A stretch of 20,000 nt of DNA, from the IMG/VR virus record IMGVR_UViG_3300045978_000081; one strand, written 5' to 3'. Source of the DNA: an uncultured virus (IMG/VR IMGVR_UViG_3300045978_000081) (lineage: Duplodnaviria > Heunggongvirae > Uroviricota > Caudoviricetes). A program made the position numbers and the translations under genes. The notes below the pieces were generated by a model. The model was not told the DNA's origin and searched no databases. It was given only the letters and a program-made list of their open reading frames with translations. Below, in pieces: positions 8,015 through 16,966 of this stretch (position 1 is its first letter; the number at the start of each line of letters is the position of its first letter).

Positions 8015-11000
8015 CTATCTTCTCTCACGTCTCTCTGAGCGTTCACGTCTCGCTCCTCTTGTTGGCTCCTGCGAATACCAGCCCATCAAACTGTCGTAAA
8101 CATTCTCACCGCGCTTTTGTGCTCTAGTAAACTTACTTATTTGACGGGTGCCAGGTACACCTAAAAGTGTAGCTGTTGGTTCCCACCACGGCGGGCTGAG
8201 TGGATCATTTCTGTAGGCGCGTGCAGCATCTCGTGCTGTTTCTATTGCAGGCCCGGCTATTCCTTTACCGTACCTCATGCCACCTATAATAGGCAGTCTC
8301 TCTATTTGTCCTACCGCCAAATCAAGCGCAAGTTGTGGTAGTGAATGTCTAGCCTGCATTCCTTTCCGCACATCTTCAACAGGATCAGGTAACGCTGGTT
8401 GAATGTGCAGCAGTTTGTACAACTCGTTAATGATCTGGGTGATGATGAGGAATCCAATTACGTTGCGCATAAATCTCATATTACTGCGTGGTGCTCCAGG
8501 CTCTTCCCAACTGCCAGGACCACTGGCTACTCCACCTGGAGGTATCTGCCCACCACCTCCACCACCAATCTTACCTTTAGTGAGCACTTCGTCTCGCAGG
8601 AAATTGAAGTCACTAATCAAGAACGTCTGGAATTGCGTGACAAGTTTACCTAATGGGTTACGCTGTATGCCTGCAAGATCGCCTGGCATCGTACTTCCTT
8701 GCGTACGCACCACAAGATCGTCTGCGTAGCGTACAGCATCCTTATGATTGTATCCGACCTTCGGACTCGTGGCGAACTTGTAGCCGGCGTTCCACGTAAC
8801 AAGTGCAGCTTCCATATCCAGCAATTCAATCAGCTTGAATCCTGGCCGGCCAACCATTTGCTGCAGTTCAGCTAAGTTACCTCTGCCTAAGGCACGAAAT
8901 AATTCTCCTGGTCGTCTACCTACGAATGCACTAGTAACTTCATTGTAGGCATCAATGAACTTACGTGAGCTGAGTATCTCACTGTTACGTAATGCGAAAT
9001 CCTTCTTCTTGCCTAGTGGTAAATCGGCTAACATCTCGAATGCTGATCCTAGTGTCTTTGGTATACCAAGTGTTTGGCTAGTATTTACCAATGTAGACAG
9101 CTGGATTGTACCTGATCTTATAAGCCCAGATAGTGTAGCGTACGCAACGTTCTTGTTGACAGTATTTAGTATCATCCGCTGCGTTGCAGTGAATTGCTTG
9201 TTTGTACCGGTTGCAATATAGTCAGTCCAGTTACGTAGCTCTTCATACAGGCCTGGTTTATTGTCCTTAAGTTGCCACGTCTCTTTACCAGTAACAGGAT
9301 CAGGTAAGTTAGTTTCAATAAGCTCATGCATCTTCGCAATGAATGGACTCATGTGAATGTCCTTCAGCGCCGATTGAGCATAAGTATCAAGTATTTTTAG
9401 TGCGTTCATTTCGGCCGTGTAGAATGCATGCTTGCGTACAATGTACGGGAAGTTTGTTGCTCGATGTTTGATGTACTTTGCGTGCACAGAATCGGAAGTA
9501 TCGCGGGCAAGATCTACTTTAATACCAAGCGCATTCAGCACGTTTATTGTGCGCGCGAAGGTTTGGTAGTCATCCACTCGTGCAAGTGGCTCACGTCCAG
9601 TTGCAGCACGTACTTCATTTACTCGATTATATAAGTAAGCATAAACACCATCAAGATTTGCCTGCAATCGCCGCTCAGCAGAAGTAAGCGGCTGAGGTGT
9701 GACCTTATTATATGTAAGTATTCGTTGCCCGTCTCCACCTTGACGCGCATAACCATTAGCGCCAATATTCTCTAGTGATTTTGAACTGAAGCCACGACCT
9801 AATTCTTCCATATCTGCGTGTAAAGTATTCAGCTCGGCATTCAGGTTCTTTTGTGCAGTGCGATACGCATAGTAGAGAAATTCTGTACCTGCTGCTTTGT
9901 GCTGGCGCAATGGTAGCTTTAAGTTCCACTCACCACCACCCGGCTTAATGTCACGTGCATTCTGAATGCCTCGCACCTCACTCTGCCACAAAGGTACGTA
10001 CGTATTGCCACTTGCAACGCGCTGCTTAACAACTCTATCTCCTGGAATTACGTTCTCAGGATCGAAGCGCATATTACGCGGATTCGTTGAGTTTGGAGGT
10101 TCAGGATTATTGATACCTTCTAGGTACCGCTCAAACATTGCTACATCTTCAGGACGTGCACCAAACAGAAATTCTCGTACGTTCTTTCCTGCCTTACGCA
10201 TATCAGCTTGCAATCGCTGAGCGGCCATACGTGCTTCACGAGACCAGTTACCTCCTATTGCACCTTCCTCACCAAGCATAGTATTCACATCATTCAGTAT
10301 ATCTATGAACGCCCTACGCTCAGACGTGTCAATGCCAGCTCTTGCTGATTCGCGCATAGCTTTGTAGTGAGGTATCAAATCAGCCGGCAATTTATCTGTA
10401 ATATCCACGCCTTGCTCTATAGCACGTAACATTTCTTCTATTTGTTCCGGACCAATAGGTGATGTTTTACTCTCAACGTATGCACCTGCAGCGTCCTTAG
10501 AAATCGGGACAGCTCGTAGATCGTCACCACTGTTAAGACGAGCATCAGTCCTGACAACGTCCTTAGGAACGAGTTCATAGTTCCTGCCCTTCATTACGTA
10601 TAAATCAAGGTCATTCTCTGCAGCAACACGAGTTGCTTCACGTATCAGTTCTTGGCCAGTAAACTCATGTGCACGCTCGATTGGTAGACCAGTAAAATCA
10701 GCTTGTGCTTGTAAGGAACGTTTTAATACCTGCCCTAATTCAGGGCTCGTTCTTCCTCGCTGTATCTCAAGCTCAATATTTGCAAGTGATGTACGGGCGT
10801 TCATTCCTCTAGTATCAACGAAAATAGCATCAGGCCTGCCTTCTATAGTACGTACTTGTATTGGTGCTGATGATATAAGCTCTGTGTACTTAAAGGGTAA
10901 TATAGATGCCTTAGCACTGGGTTCTAAATTAGTAACGGATTTTATTTCAGTGAAACCAACATTCGTGACTACAGGACGGGTATATGCATAGTAAGCTGTA

Positions 11001-13552
11001 TCCGCCGTACGTCTTGCTACATCTTCAGGCAGTCCCATACTGATAAGAGTTTGTCTCAGTTGTGATGGTCGCACTCCTTTACTAAAAGCATCCATGACGT
11101 CGGCCAGATTCATGCCTATTTGCTGCAGTGTTTCTTGAATTTCTTCTTTAAATGACTCTACATTCTTACGCACGGCGCGTTCTTCAAAAACGCTTTGTTC
11201 TGCTGCGGCACGTGATTCTGGAGTACTTGTCTCATATATAGGTCTACGAGTGGGCCTATTTATAAGAGGCTCTGTATCTGGCGCTTTCACTACCTTACGT
11301 TTACGTTTAGGCTTCTCAATGACAGGAGATGTATCTATTACTGGTTCTGCAGGTGCAGGTATTTCTACTTCAGTTCCTGCCGGTGCGTTTTCTAGTACAG
11401 CTTCAGTTGCTGCTTGCTGAACAGCTGGCTTATTGACGGTATAATAACGAGTGTAATTACCTTGCTTTACTTGAGTTATACTACCTTCATTCAGAAGATT
11501 TTGAATTGCTTCATTAACTTCACTACGTGCAAACCCCACTCTATTTACTATAGCTTGTATTGTAGCCCCACCTTCCCGAGATAGAAAATCCCTCACTGCT
11601 CCACTAACATCTGAAACTGGCATTTCAGATAGCTCAGATAAACTGCTCTCCACAATTCCTCTTTCAGACTTCGCAGCGCGTACTTTTTTAAGTTGTGGTA
11701 TTAACTCCTGAATTGTTTCCTCATCTACACCAAGCTGCCGTAATCCACGCTCTACGCTTTTCGCGTCAGTATTAAGAGCTTCACGTTTCAAGTTTGCTAA
11801 CGACGTTTTACGATCAGCTGGACTTGTTTCCTCATTTTGAATTGCTTCTATTGCCGCGAACGCAGGCCCTCTATATTCAGTGCGAGTAGGAGTTATTACT
11901 TCTGGAGCCGTAGGCGATACCGCAGCTACTGCTGGAGTCTCGGGTGAAACTGGTGCTGGTACAGTTTCAGGAGCAACAGTAGCTGCAGCCTCAACACGTG
12001 GTGTTTCGATAGGTGCAATTTCACGAGTCGGTCTTGGTGCCTCAGGCGTAACAGGAGCTAAAGCTGTCTCACCTCGCACTACAACTTCAGGCTGCACTGG
12101 CCGCTCAGCAGTCATAGTTGGTGCTGCACGCTGAGGTTCAGGTGCGCGTTGAGCTTGAGGCTCAGCTGACCTTGGTGCTTCAGGTGTAGGAGCAGCAGGT
12201 CTTGCAGCTTCAGGCGTTGGTGTTGGGCGCGTAGGCTCAGCAGGAGCTCTAGGTGTACCTTGTGGTTTAGGTACGCGGCCTAAGCGCTCTCGTAAATCCG
12301 TCATGATACTGCCTCTATTTGGATCAGCTGCCCATTCATCCGTTACACGATCTAGCTCTGATTTGTACGCACGCAATTCAGCTGGATCATATACTATATC
12401 TGCAGCAGCTCCACCACCAGCTGGCCCTTCATCCGGCGGCTTAGGTCCTCGTGGTGGCATGCCGACTTCACGATCAGCTTCATCTCTAAACTTTCCACGA
12501 GCTTCTTCAAGCGCGTTATTTAGTCGAGGATTTTTTGATGCTGCATTCGCAAGATCTTCTGCAGCTGCTGCGGCTTGCGCGTCAGTTGTAGCACGTGACA
12601 TACGAGTTTTGTATTCAGCAATCTTTGAGCGTATTTCTGGAGCAGCTTTGCGTACGCCCTGATCTAGCTTGTAGAATAGATAAAGTTCAGTGGCAAAGCT
12701 AAGCACTCGAGCTGTATCCTCGTTAAGTACGCCTGTTGCCACAAGTGCGCGACCAGGTAGTTCAGCTACATCCTTAATTAAACCGGTTACAGTGCCTACA
12801 GCTTTATTTACGTTCTTTGCAATATCTGAGCGTGGTTCAGGAGTTAGTGACGTAATGCGCTGATCCATTCGGTTGAATATATCACGGTAATGAGTTTTAC
12901 TTTCGGGCCCACCGGCCATTGGTCCGCCACGTGCAACACGTGCAAGTTGAGTATTCAAAATATCGCTAACTGCAGTTGCAGCACCAAATGCAAATGCTCC
13001 AGCACCGGCGAGTACATTACCACCAGCTTCGGCAATATCGCGCACAAAATTCGTGGATCGTTGCAGCGTACCATATAATCCAGGAGAGTATTGTCGCGTC
13101 GGCGTTGCTCCTGGTGCTCCAGGCTGAAGGTCACGTCTGCTAGTATAACGCTGTGACTCTGGAGCTTGAGTAGGAACTGTGCGAATTCCACTAAAACTTC
13201 CAGTGCCGGTATATTCGCGTGTTGTATCTGGTACTAATTTTTCAGCTACCGATCCAATAGCTGAACCAACATCACTTGCTATTTTGCCAGGATCTATACT
13301 AGGTAGATAGCCAGAAATTCCTGTGCCTGATGGTTCTGCAGGCGGCACGTATTGAGGCGGCAATTGACCAGGGCTGAGCCTCTGCTCAGCGGGTAAGCCG
13401 CTATTATAGTTATTTAATAATGCTTCATTCAAGTCCGGCTTCTTAGGAGCAAGCGGCGTTTTGCCTATTCCTAAGCGTCCAAGTAATTCTTCATTTTCTG
13501 GCTCACCTTGAAGAAGGTAGCGTTCTACGTCAATAGGTGCGACTGTTGACAT
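8015..13552 (-). CDS. Very large virion-associated protein (1845 aa), putative internal/ejection (DNA transfer) protein
   Basis: Last gene of the structural arm; GAGGA RBS; Ala/Gly-rich N-terminus, Pro-rich linker, C-terminal helical region with hydrophobic segment (RTQGS..NPLGKLVTQFQTF..VIGFLII). Function inferred from size and position. Confidence 0.65.
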   Translation of the reverse strand: MSTVAPIDVERYLLQGEPENEELLGRLGIGKTPLAPKKPDLNEALLNNYNSGLPAEQRLSPGQLPPQYVPPAEPSGTGISGYLPSIDPGKIASDVGSAIGSVAEKLVPDTTREYTGTGSFSGIRTVPTQAPESQRYTSRRDLQPGAPGATPTRQYSPGLYGTLQRSTNFVRDIAEAGGNVLAGAGAFAFGAATAVSDILNTQLARVARGGPMAGGPESKTHYRDIFNRMDQRITSLTPEPRSDIAKNVNKAVGTVTGLIKDVAELPGRALVATGVLNEDTARVLSFATELYLFYKLDQGVRKAAPEIRSKIAEYKTRMSRATTDAQAAAAAEDLANAASKNPRLNNALEEARGKFRDEADREVGMPPRGPKPPDEGPAGGGAAADIVYDPAELRAYKSELDRVTDEWAADPNRGSIMTDLRERLGRVPKPQGTPRAPAEPTRPTPTPEAARPAAPTPEAPRSAEPQAQRAPEPQRAAPTMTAERPVQPEVVVRGETALAPVTPEAPRPTREIAPIETPRVEAAATVAPETVPAPVSPETPAVAAVSPTAPEVITPTRTEYRGPAFAAIEAIQNEETSPADRKTSLANLKREALNTDAKSVERGLRQLGVDEETIQELIPQLKKVRAAKSERGIVESSLSELSEMPVSDVSGAVRDFLSREGGATIQAIVNRVGFARSEVNEAIQNLLNEGSITQVKQGNYTRYYTVNKPAVQQAATEAVLENAPAGTEVEIPAPAEPVIDTSPVIEKPKRKRKVVKAPDTEPLINRPTRRPIYETSTPESRAAAEQSVFEERAVRKNVESFKEEIQETLQQIGMNLADVMDAFSKGVRPSQLRQTLISMGLPEDVARRTADTAYYAYTRPVVTNVGFTEIKSVTNLEPSAKASILPFKYTELISSAPIQVRTIEGRPDAIFVDTRGMNARTSLANIELEIQRGRTSPELGQVLKRSLQAQADFTGLPIERAHEFTGQELIREATRVAAENDLDLYVMKGRNYELVPKDVVRTDARLNSGDDLRAVPISKDAAGAYVESKTSPIGPEQIEEMLRAIEQGVDITDKLPADLIPHYKAMRESARAGIDTSERRAFIDILNDVNTMLGEEGAIGGNWSREARMAAQRLQADMRKAGKNVREFLFGARPEDVAMFERYLEGINNPEPPNSTNPRNMRFDPENVIPGDRVVKQRVASGNTYVPLWQSEVRGIQNARDIKPGGGEWNLKLPLRQHKAAGTEFLYYAYRTAQKNLNAELNTLHADMEELGRGFSSKSLENIGANGYARQGGDGQRILTYNKVTPQPLTSAERRLQANLDGVYAYLYNRVNEVRAATGREPLARVDDYQTFARTINVLNALGIKVDLARDTSDSVHAKYIKHRATNFPYIVRKHAFYTAEMNALKILDTYAQSALKDIHMSPFIAKMHELIETNLPDPVTGKETWQLKDNKPGLYEELRNWTDYIATGTNKQFTATQRMILNTVNKNVAYATLSGLIRSGTIQLSTLVNTSQTLGIPKTLGSAFEMLADLPLGKKKDFALRNSEILSSRKFIDAYNEVTSAFVGRRPGELFRALGRGNLAELQQMVGRPGFKLIELLDMEAALVTWNAGYKFATSPKVGYNHKDAVRYADDLVVRTQGSTMPGDLAGIQRNPLGKLVTQFQTFLISDFNFLRDEVLTKGKIGGGGGGQIPPGGVASGPGSWEEPGAPRSNMRFMRNVIGFLIITQIINELYKLLHIQPALPDPVEDVRKGMQARHSLPQLALDLAVGQIERLPIIGGMRYGKGIAGPAIETARDAARAYRNDPLSPPWWEPTATLLGVPGTRQISKFTRAQKRGENVYDSLMGWYSQEPTRGARRERSERRERR

Positions 13553-13561
13553 TTACGTTTC

Positions 13562-13796
13562 CTCTGCTAGCGGCATTTCTCCCTGCAGGTGCAAGAGAGT
13601 GTAGTTCCTTTGTGGAGAACCTGCTAGAGAAAAATGCGGGGCCATTTTTCTCTTGCAGAACCTCCAGTCGTCACAACACGGGAATTGCCCCTGCTGGGAA
13701 AATGCCATCGCGCCGGTAGCACAAGAGAGATCAGCGGCACTAGGGCTCCCGTTGGTCGCAGCTTCATCTCCAGCTATGGTTAAAATCTAACCGTAA
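13562..13796 (-). repeat. Structured intergenic element, copy 3 (most diverged hairpin)
   Basis: TATGGTTAAAATCTAACC 13775-13792 and CTCCCGTTGGTCG 13746-13758, both identical to copy 2; stems GGCATTT/AAATGCC, AGAGAAAAATG/CATTTTTCTCT; minus-strand TACACT at 13598-13603. Confidence 0.75.
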
Positions 13797-13801
13797 CAAT
13801 C

Positions 13802-14764
13802 TTACTCTTTGGGCCTGAGTTTCCAGGGTATCGGCTGCTTTAAGCTTGGATAAAATACTTGCTCAAGGTATTGTTGCACGTTCATTGCGCCACTAGGGTA
13901 ATTCTGAGCTGCGTCATAAACCTCTTGGGCCGTATAGCGATGACCATCTACAGTAGGCAAATCTATCTTCTTCATTCGAGTACCTGAATAGATGCGGCCA
14001 GGATTATCCTCAAAGATATACACGTACGGCTGTTTGCTTGTCGCATGAAACAGCTCAGCTTCAGGTGCTAATTCACTCTCATCGTACGAGTTCTGTAGTG
14101 CATAGCCACCAGGTCTCTTCGAGCGTAGATTCTGTTCTGCATCTGTTGCTACTTTCATCTCAGTGCGAGCATCCGTGCGCGCTTTAGCTATTTTCTCTGC
14201 ACGCTCTTTCTCGAGCTGCATCATCTTCTGTATATTCTCGTTACGCTCTTGAGCAAGTGTCATTCCTTTGGCTGAGAACTCCTGACCACCGATCTTCAGC
14301 TTTACGTATTCATCATTCTGTTTATCTAGCAGTGCAGCCTCTCTCGGATACAGTTGACGGATGCGCTCAGCATTGGCATTGCTGGCATTAACAGCTGCCA
14401 TACTTTGCTCAATATTAGCTCGTATGTTCTGCTTCTCTAAACCGAGCAGCTCAGTAACGCGGTTTGATTGTGCTTGATACAGGCCTGTCTGTGCACGCTC
14501 CTGTGCAACGCGTTCTGGCAACAGTGTTTCGGTACTGATTCGCTGAGCACGACTCGCACCAGCTGCTTCACGTGACTGGTCAATATCCGCAAGCATCTTA
14601 GCGGCAATGTGAGGCTCTTCTGCACGTAACCGTGCTGCCTGCGCTTTATTCAAATCACCTGAAGTTTCACGGTACGCAATCTCACTTTGTACATTACGTG
14701 CCTGTATAATGTCCTGCACGCTGCGTAGTCGCAGTGCTTCTCGTTCTGTGTCGAGTCGGCCCAT
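13802..14764 (-). CDS. Helical/coiled-coil virion protein, probably made as the C-terminal part of a -1 frameshift fusion with 14824..15384
   Basis: Ala/Gln/Glu/Arg-rich ORF; the frame stays open upstream of ATG 14764 into the end of the previous gene; weak RBS. Confidence 0.7.
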   Translation of the reverse strand: MGRLDTEREALRLRSVQDIIQARNVQSEIAYRETSGDLNKAQAARLRAEEPHIAAKMLADIDQSREAAGASRAQRISTETLLPERVAQERAQTGLYQAQSNRVTELLGLEKQNIRANIEQSMAAVNASNANAERIRQLYPREAALLDKQNDEYVKLKIGGQEFSAKGMTLAQERNENIQKMMQLEKERAEKIAKARTDARTEMKVATDAEQNLRSKRPGGYALQNSYDESELAPEAELFHATSKQPYVYIFEDNPGRIYSGTRMKKIDLPTVDGHRYTAQEVYDAAQNYPSGAMNVQQYLEQVFYPSLKQPIPWKLRPKE

Positions 14765-14784
14765 AGCTGCAACCTGTTCTGGAT

Positions 14785-14836
14785 TAAGCCCCGCAAGACT
14801 TCCACTTTCAAATCCTCCGGGGCTTAGTAGAAAGGG
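14785..14836 (-). promoter_or_regulatory. Putative programmed -1 ribosomal frameshift signal (C CCU UUC + stem-loop)
   Basis: Heptamer at 14836-14830 in XXXYYYZ phase; stem TAAGCCCCG/CGGGGCTTA (14818-14826 and 14785-14793) extended by AGGATTT/AAGTCTT. Confidence 0.75.
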
Positions 14837-15384
14837 GCAATATCTAGTATGCTGGGATCACGTCTAGCTGCAGCAGTTCTTATTGGTGCTGGTGCATTAG
14901 TTACGGGAACTGGAGCCGTAGTAGCTGGAGTAATCACGGGTGCTGTCTGTGTACGTGCAGGTGGCTGAGCTGGTGCTACGTTAGTCGGTCTGGTTGCTGC
15001 AATGTCACGAAGCGTATTTGAGAATGCACCGTACTCCGGCGTGCTCGTAATATTTCGTGGCTCAGGCAAGTTGAGGTCGAATGTGTACGAGCCAGATGGC
15101 GTTGCCTTAACGCTGTTCAGACCAGGACGGTCTGGCTTCGTGATGCCACCGTGCAAGTCAATAAGCTGTTTAATTTGTGCTGATCGCGCCGCGTCGCGTT
15201 TCTCGATGGCAGATTGAGCGGCTTTACTGCTAATCATATTTGCAGCGGCGGTACCAATTACTCCACCTGCACCCTCAGGGTCCATTTGCCTACCCATGTT
15301 CGCGAGCAGTAACTGGAAGTTGGGATCACTTAACATACCGCTAAAACTCCACGGTTGCTGTGTGGCTGCTGAACCTTCTGCCAT
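14824..15384 (-). CDS. Putative small ejection/internal virion protein (186 aa)
   Basis: AAAGGA RBS; Gly/Ala-rich N-terminus, Pro/Thr/Ala-rich C-terminus; upstream of the large virion protein. Confidence 0.65.
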   Translation of the reverse strand: MAEGSAATQQPWSFSGMLSDPNFQLLLANMGRQMDPEGAGGVIGTAAANMISSKAAQSAIEKRDAARSAQIKQLIDLHGGITKPDRPGLNSVKATPSGSYTFDLNLPEPRNITSTPEYGAFSNTLRDIAATRPTNVAPAQPPARTQTAPVITPATTAPVPVTNAPAPIRTAAARRDPSILDIAPFY

Positions 15385-15393
15385 GATAAATTC

Positions 15394-15607
15394 CTTTGGT
15401 TAAAGTTTAACCACAACGCACCGACGCGCAGTATAGCGCGCCACTGACTCTCTTGGTACTTCCCACCGCCGCAGCCTTTCCGATCGGGCCACCCATCCCT
15501 TCCACAGCGTAGGGTAGCGCTTGTCAAGCATCCCAGCGGAGCGGATGCTTTACAAGCAAGCGTACCGAAGCGACAATCCCACGGGTGGCACGAGAGGAGC
15601 TAAGGCG
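15394..15607 (+). repeat. Structured intergenic element, copy 4 (antisense to flanking genes)
   Basis: GGTT-AAAGTTT-AACC 15398-15412; CTCTCTTGGTACTTCC; GCCACCC/GGGTGGC; GCTTGTCAAGCATCC/GGATGCTTTACAAGC; tip GCGGAGC 15536-15542; TTTACA-17-GACAAT 15549-15577. Confidence 0.8.
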
Positions 15608-15913
15608 CTAAAACAATACATCGCCTACAACTAGCGTACCCTTTGAGCTATGATCAGACCACGGATTAATTGCTACATATAATTGCCACCTGTATGTGCC
15701 AGCAATGTTCAATACTCCTGCCTCTACTACGTACTCAACACGTCCGTCAGTTCCATCCGTAATATTAGTGAGCGGCTTTACTACCTGCGTGCCATCAGGC
15801 TTCACTAACTTTACTTGTTTAGAGCCAGCTGTAGATACGTCTAGTGTTTCACCATTATCTAGTACTGTCCAACGTAGCTTCACACCTACAGCATTTTTAT
15901 GAATGTCGTACAT
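15608..15913 (-). CDS. BppU N-terminal-like (Ig-like) virion protein
   Basis: LVKPDGT, DGTDGRVEYVV..LNIAGTYRWQLYV pattern. Confidence 0.65.
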   Translation of the reverse strand: MYDIHKNAVGVKLRWTVLDNGETLDVSTAGSKQVKLVKPDGTQVVKPLTNITDGTDGRVEYVVEAGVLNIAGTYRWQLYVAINPWSDHSSKGTLVVGDVLF

Positions 15914-15914
15914 A

Positions 15915-16193
15915 TTATAGCTCCACTAGAACCAGCGGTTCTTTGAGAACCTCTGCAATAAGTTCTTTTTGTAACGAAACTGTTGCAGTTTCTTCTATCT
16001 GCACAGTGACAGCTGTGATGTAGTCTTTGTTTCTGCTTACATTTGCCGTCTCGTTTAACGCTTGAATAAAGTGCGCTGGCCCAAGCTCAATAATCTCACC
16101 GTATCCAACACCGGGCGTAATTAACGGAATGAATCCACGCGTTACAATATGTGGTATTGATTGTAACTGAGTTACAATGTACTGAATAGCCAT
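15915..16193 (-). CDS. Hypothetical virion-module protein (92 aa)
   Basis: Tightly packed ORF; start overlaps the upstream stop. Confidence 0.7.
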   Translation of the reverse strand: MAIQYIVTQLQSIPHIVTRGFIPLITPGVGYGEIIELGPAHFIQALNETANVSRNKDYITAVTVQIEETATVSLQKELIAEVLKEPLVLVEL

Positions 16194-16735
16194 TAGCTAG
16201 TCCGTATACGCTGTGTTGGATTAAGCCCATTATCCATCGTGAATATCATTGCGTCCGTTGTACCGTCAAGTCGTTTTGCTTTAATTAAGTTAGACTCAAT
16301 AACAAACTGCGATAATGTAGACCACATCATAAACAGCAATTGATCCCGAGTAGGAGCGGCTCCGTCGGCGGCATAAGATTCGGTTAATGCAGTAGTATTA
16401 AGTGCTCCAATATTTGTTAAGTCATTATTAGTAAGCATCACTGACGGTGCGTCAAAGAATACCGAACCATCACCCCACTCAAATTGTGGGTCGCTCCACA
16501 AAACAAGAATTTTGTCTGCAGTCATTTCAGTTGCAGACAATGACACGGTAATGCACCCGCTTCCTGCTGGCGTCTCGGTTGGTAGTGTTGTTAAATCAAC
16601 TGGTGCTCCAGCGTCCTTACTTATCTTAAAATCACCGGCAGCAATTGTAGGTGTTTTCTTTATACGGCCAGGAACAAGCGTATCTAAGAGCGTTATTCTA
16701 AATGAGTAAGCAACGCCGCGCTGTGGATTTGGCAC
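16193..16735 (-). CDS. Hypothetical structural protein (180 aa)
   Basis: GTG start with AAGGA RBS; beta-rich GDFKISKDAG..LSATEM..D region; located in the tail module. Confidence 0.7.
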   Translation of the reverse strand: MPNPQRGVAYSFRITLLDTLVPGRIKKTPTIAAGDFKISKDAGAPVDLTTLPTETPAGSGCITVSLSATEMTADKILVLWSDPQFEWGDGSVFFDAPSVMLTNNDLTNIGALNTTALTESYAADGAAPTRDQLLFMMWSTLSQFVIESNLIKAKRLDGTTDAMIFTMDNGLNPTQRIRTS

Positions 16736-16738
16736 TGA

Positions 16739-16966
16739 TTATTCCTTTCGGCGACAATCACGCACTAGTTCAACTTGCTTATCTAGGCACGTAATTAATT
16801 TCTCGTAAAAAGTACGGGATATTTCCTGCGAGCGATTAAGTGCTCCAATAAGCCACCAAACAACTATAGTACCCATTAGTAATAGTGTTAGCGATACTAT
16901 AGGCCCGCCCTCACGTAGGACAGGAAGTATAATACTTAACCATCCACGTGCTCGTTCTGGCTGCAT
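16739..16966 (-). CDS. Small membrane protein, holin candidate (75 aa from MQPER)
   Basis: Hydrophobic PIVSLTLLLMGTIVVWWLIGAL with a charged C-terminus (RDCRRKE). Start uncertain (16966 or 17008). Confidence 0.5.
   Translation of the reverse strand: MQPERARGWLSIILPVLREGGPIVSLTLLLMGTIVVWWLIGALNRSQEISRTFYEKLITCLDKQVELVRDCRRKE

Noticed and set aside
8399..13191. Short antisense or alternate-frame ORFs inside the large gene, and similar ones elsewhere
   Set aside because: Shadow ORFs of long genes, with no motifs.
8015..13552. N4-like virion RNA polymerase, suggested by the GNA triloop hairpins
   Set aside because: No single-subunit RNAP motifs recognised, the protein is much shorter than N4 vRNAP, and the hairpins carry sigma70-type hexamers.
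1660..15607. CRISPR array, tRNA, or IS200/IS605/HEARO identity for the intergenic elements
   Set aside because: No regular repeat-spacer pattern, no cloverleaf or T-loop motif, no TnpA/TnpB/IscB, and the HNH genes are not adjacent to the elements. A covariance search is needed to exclude known RNAs fully.
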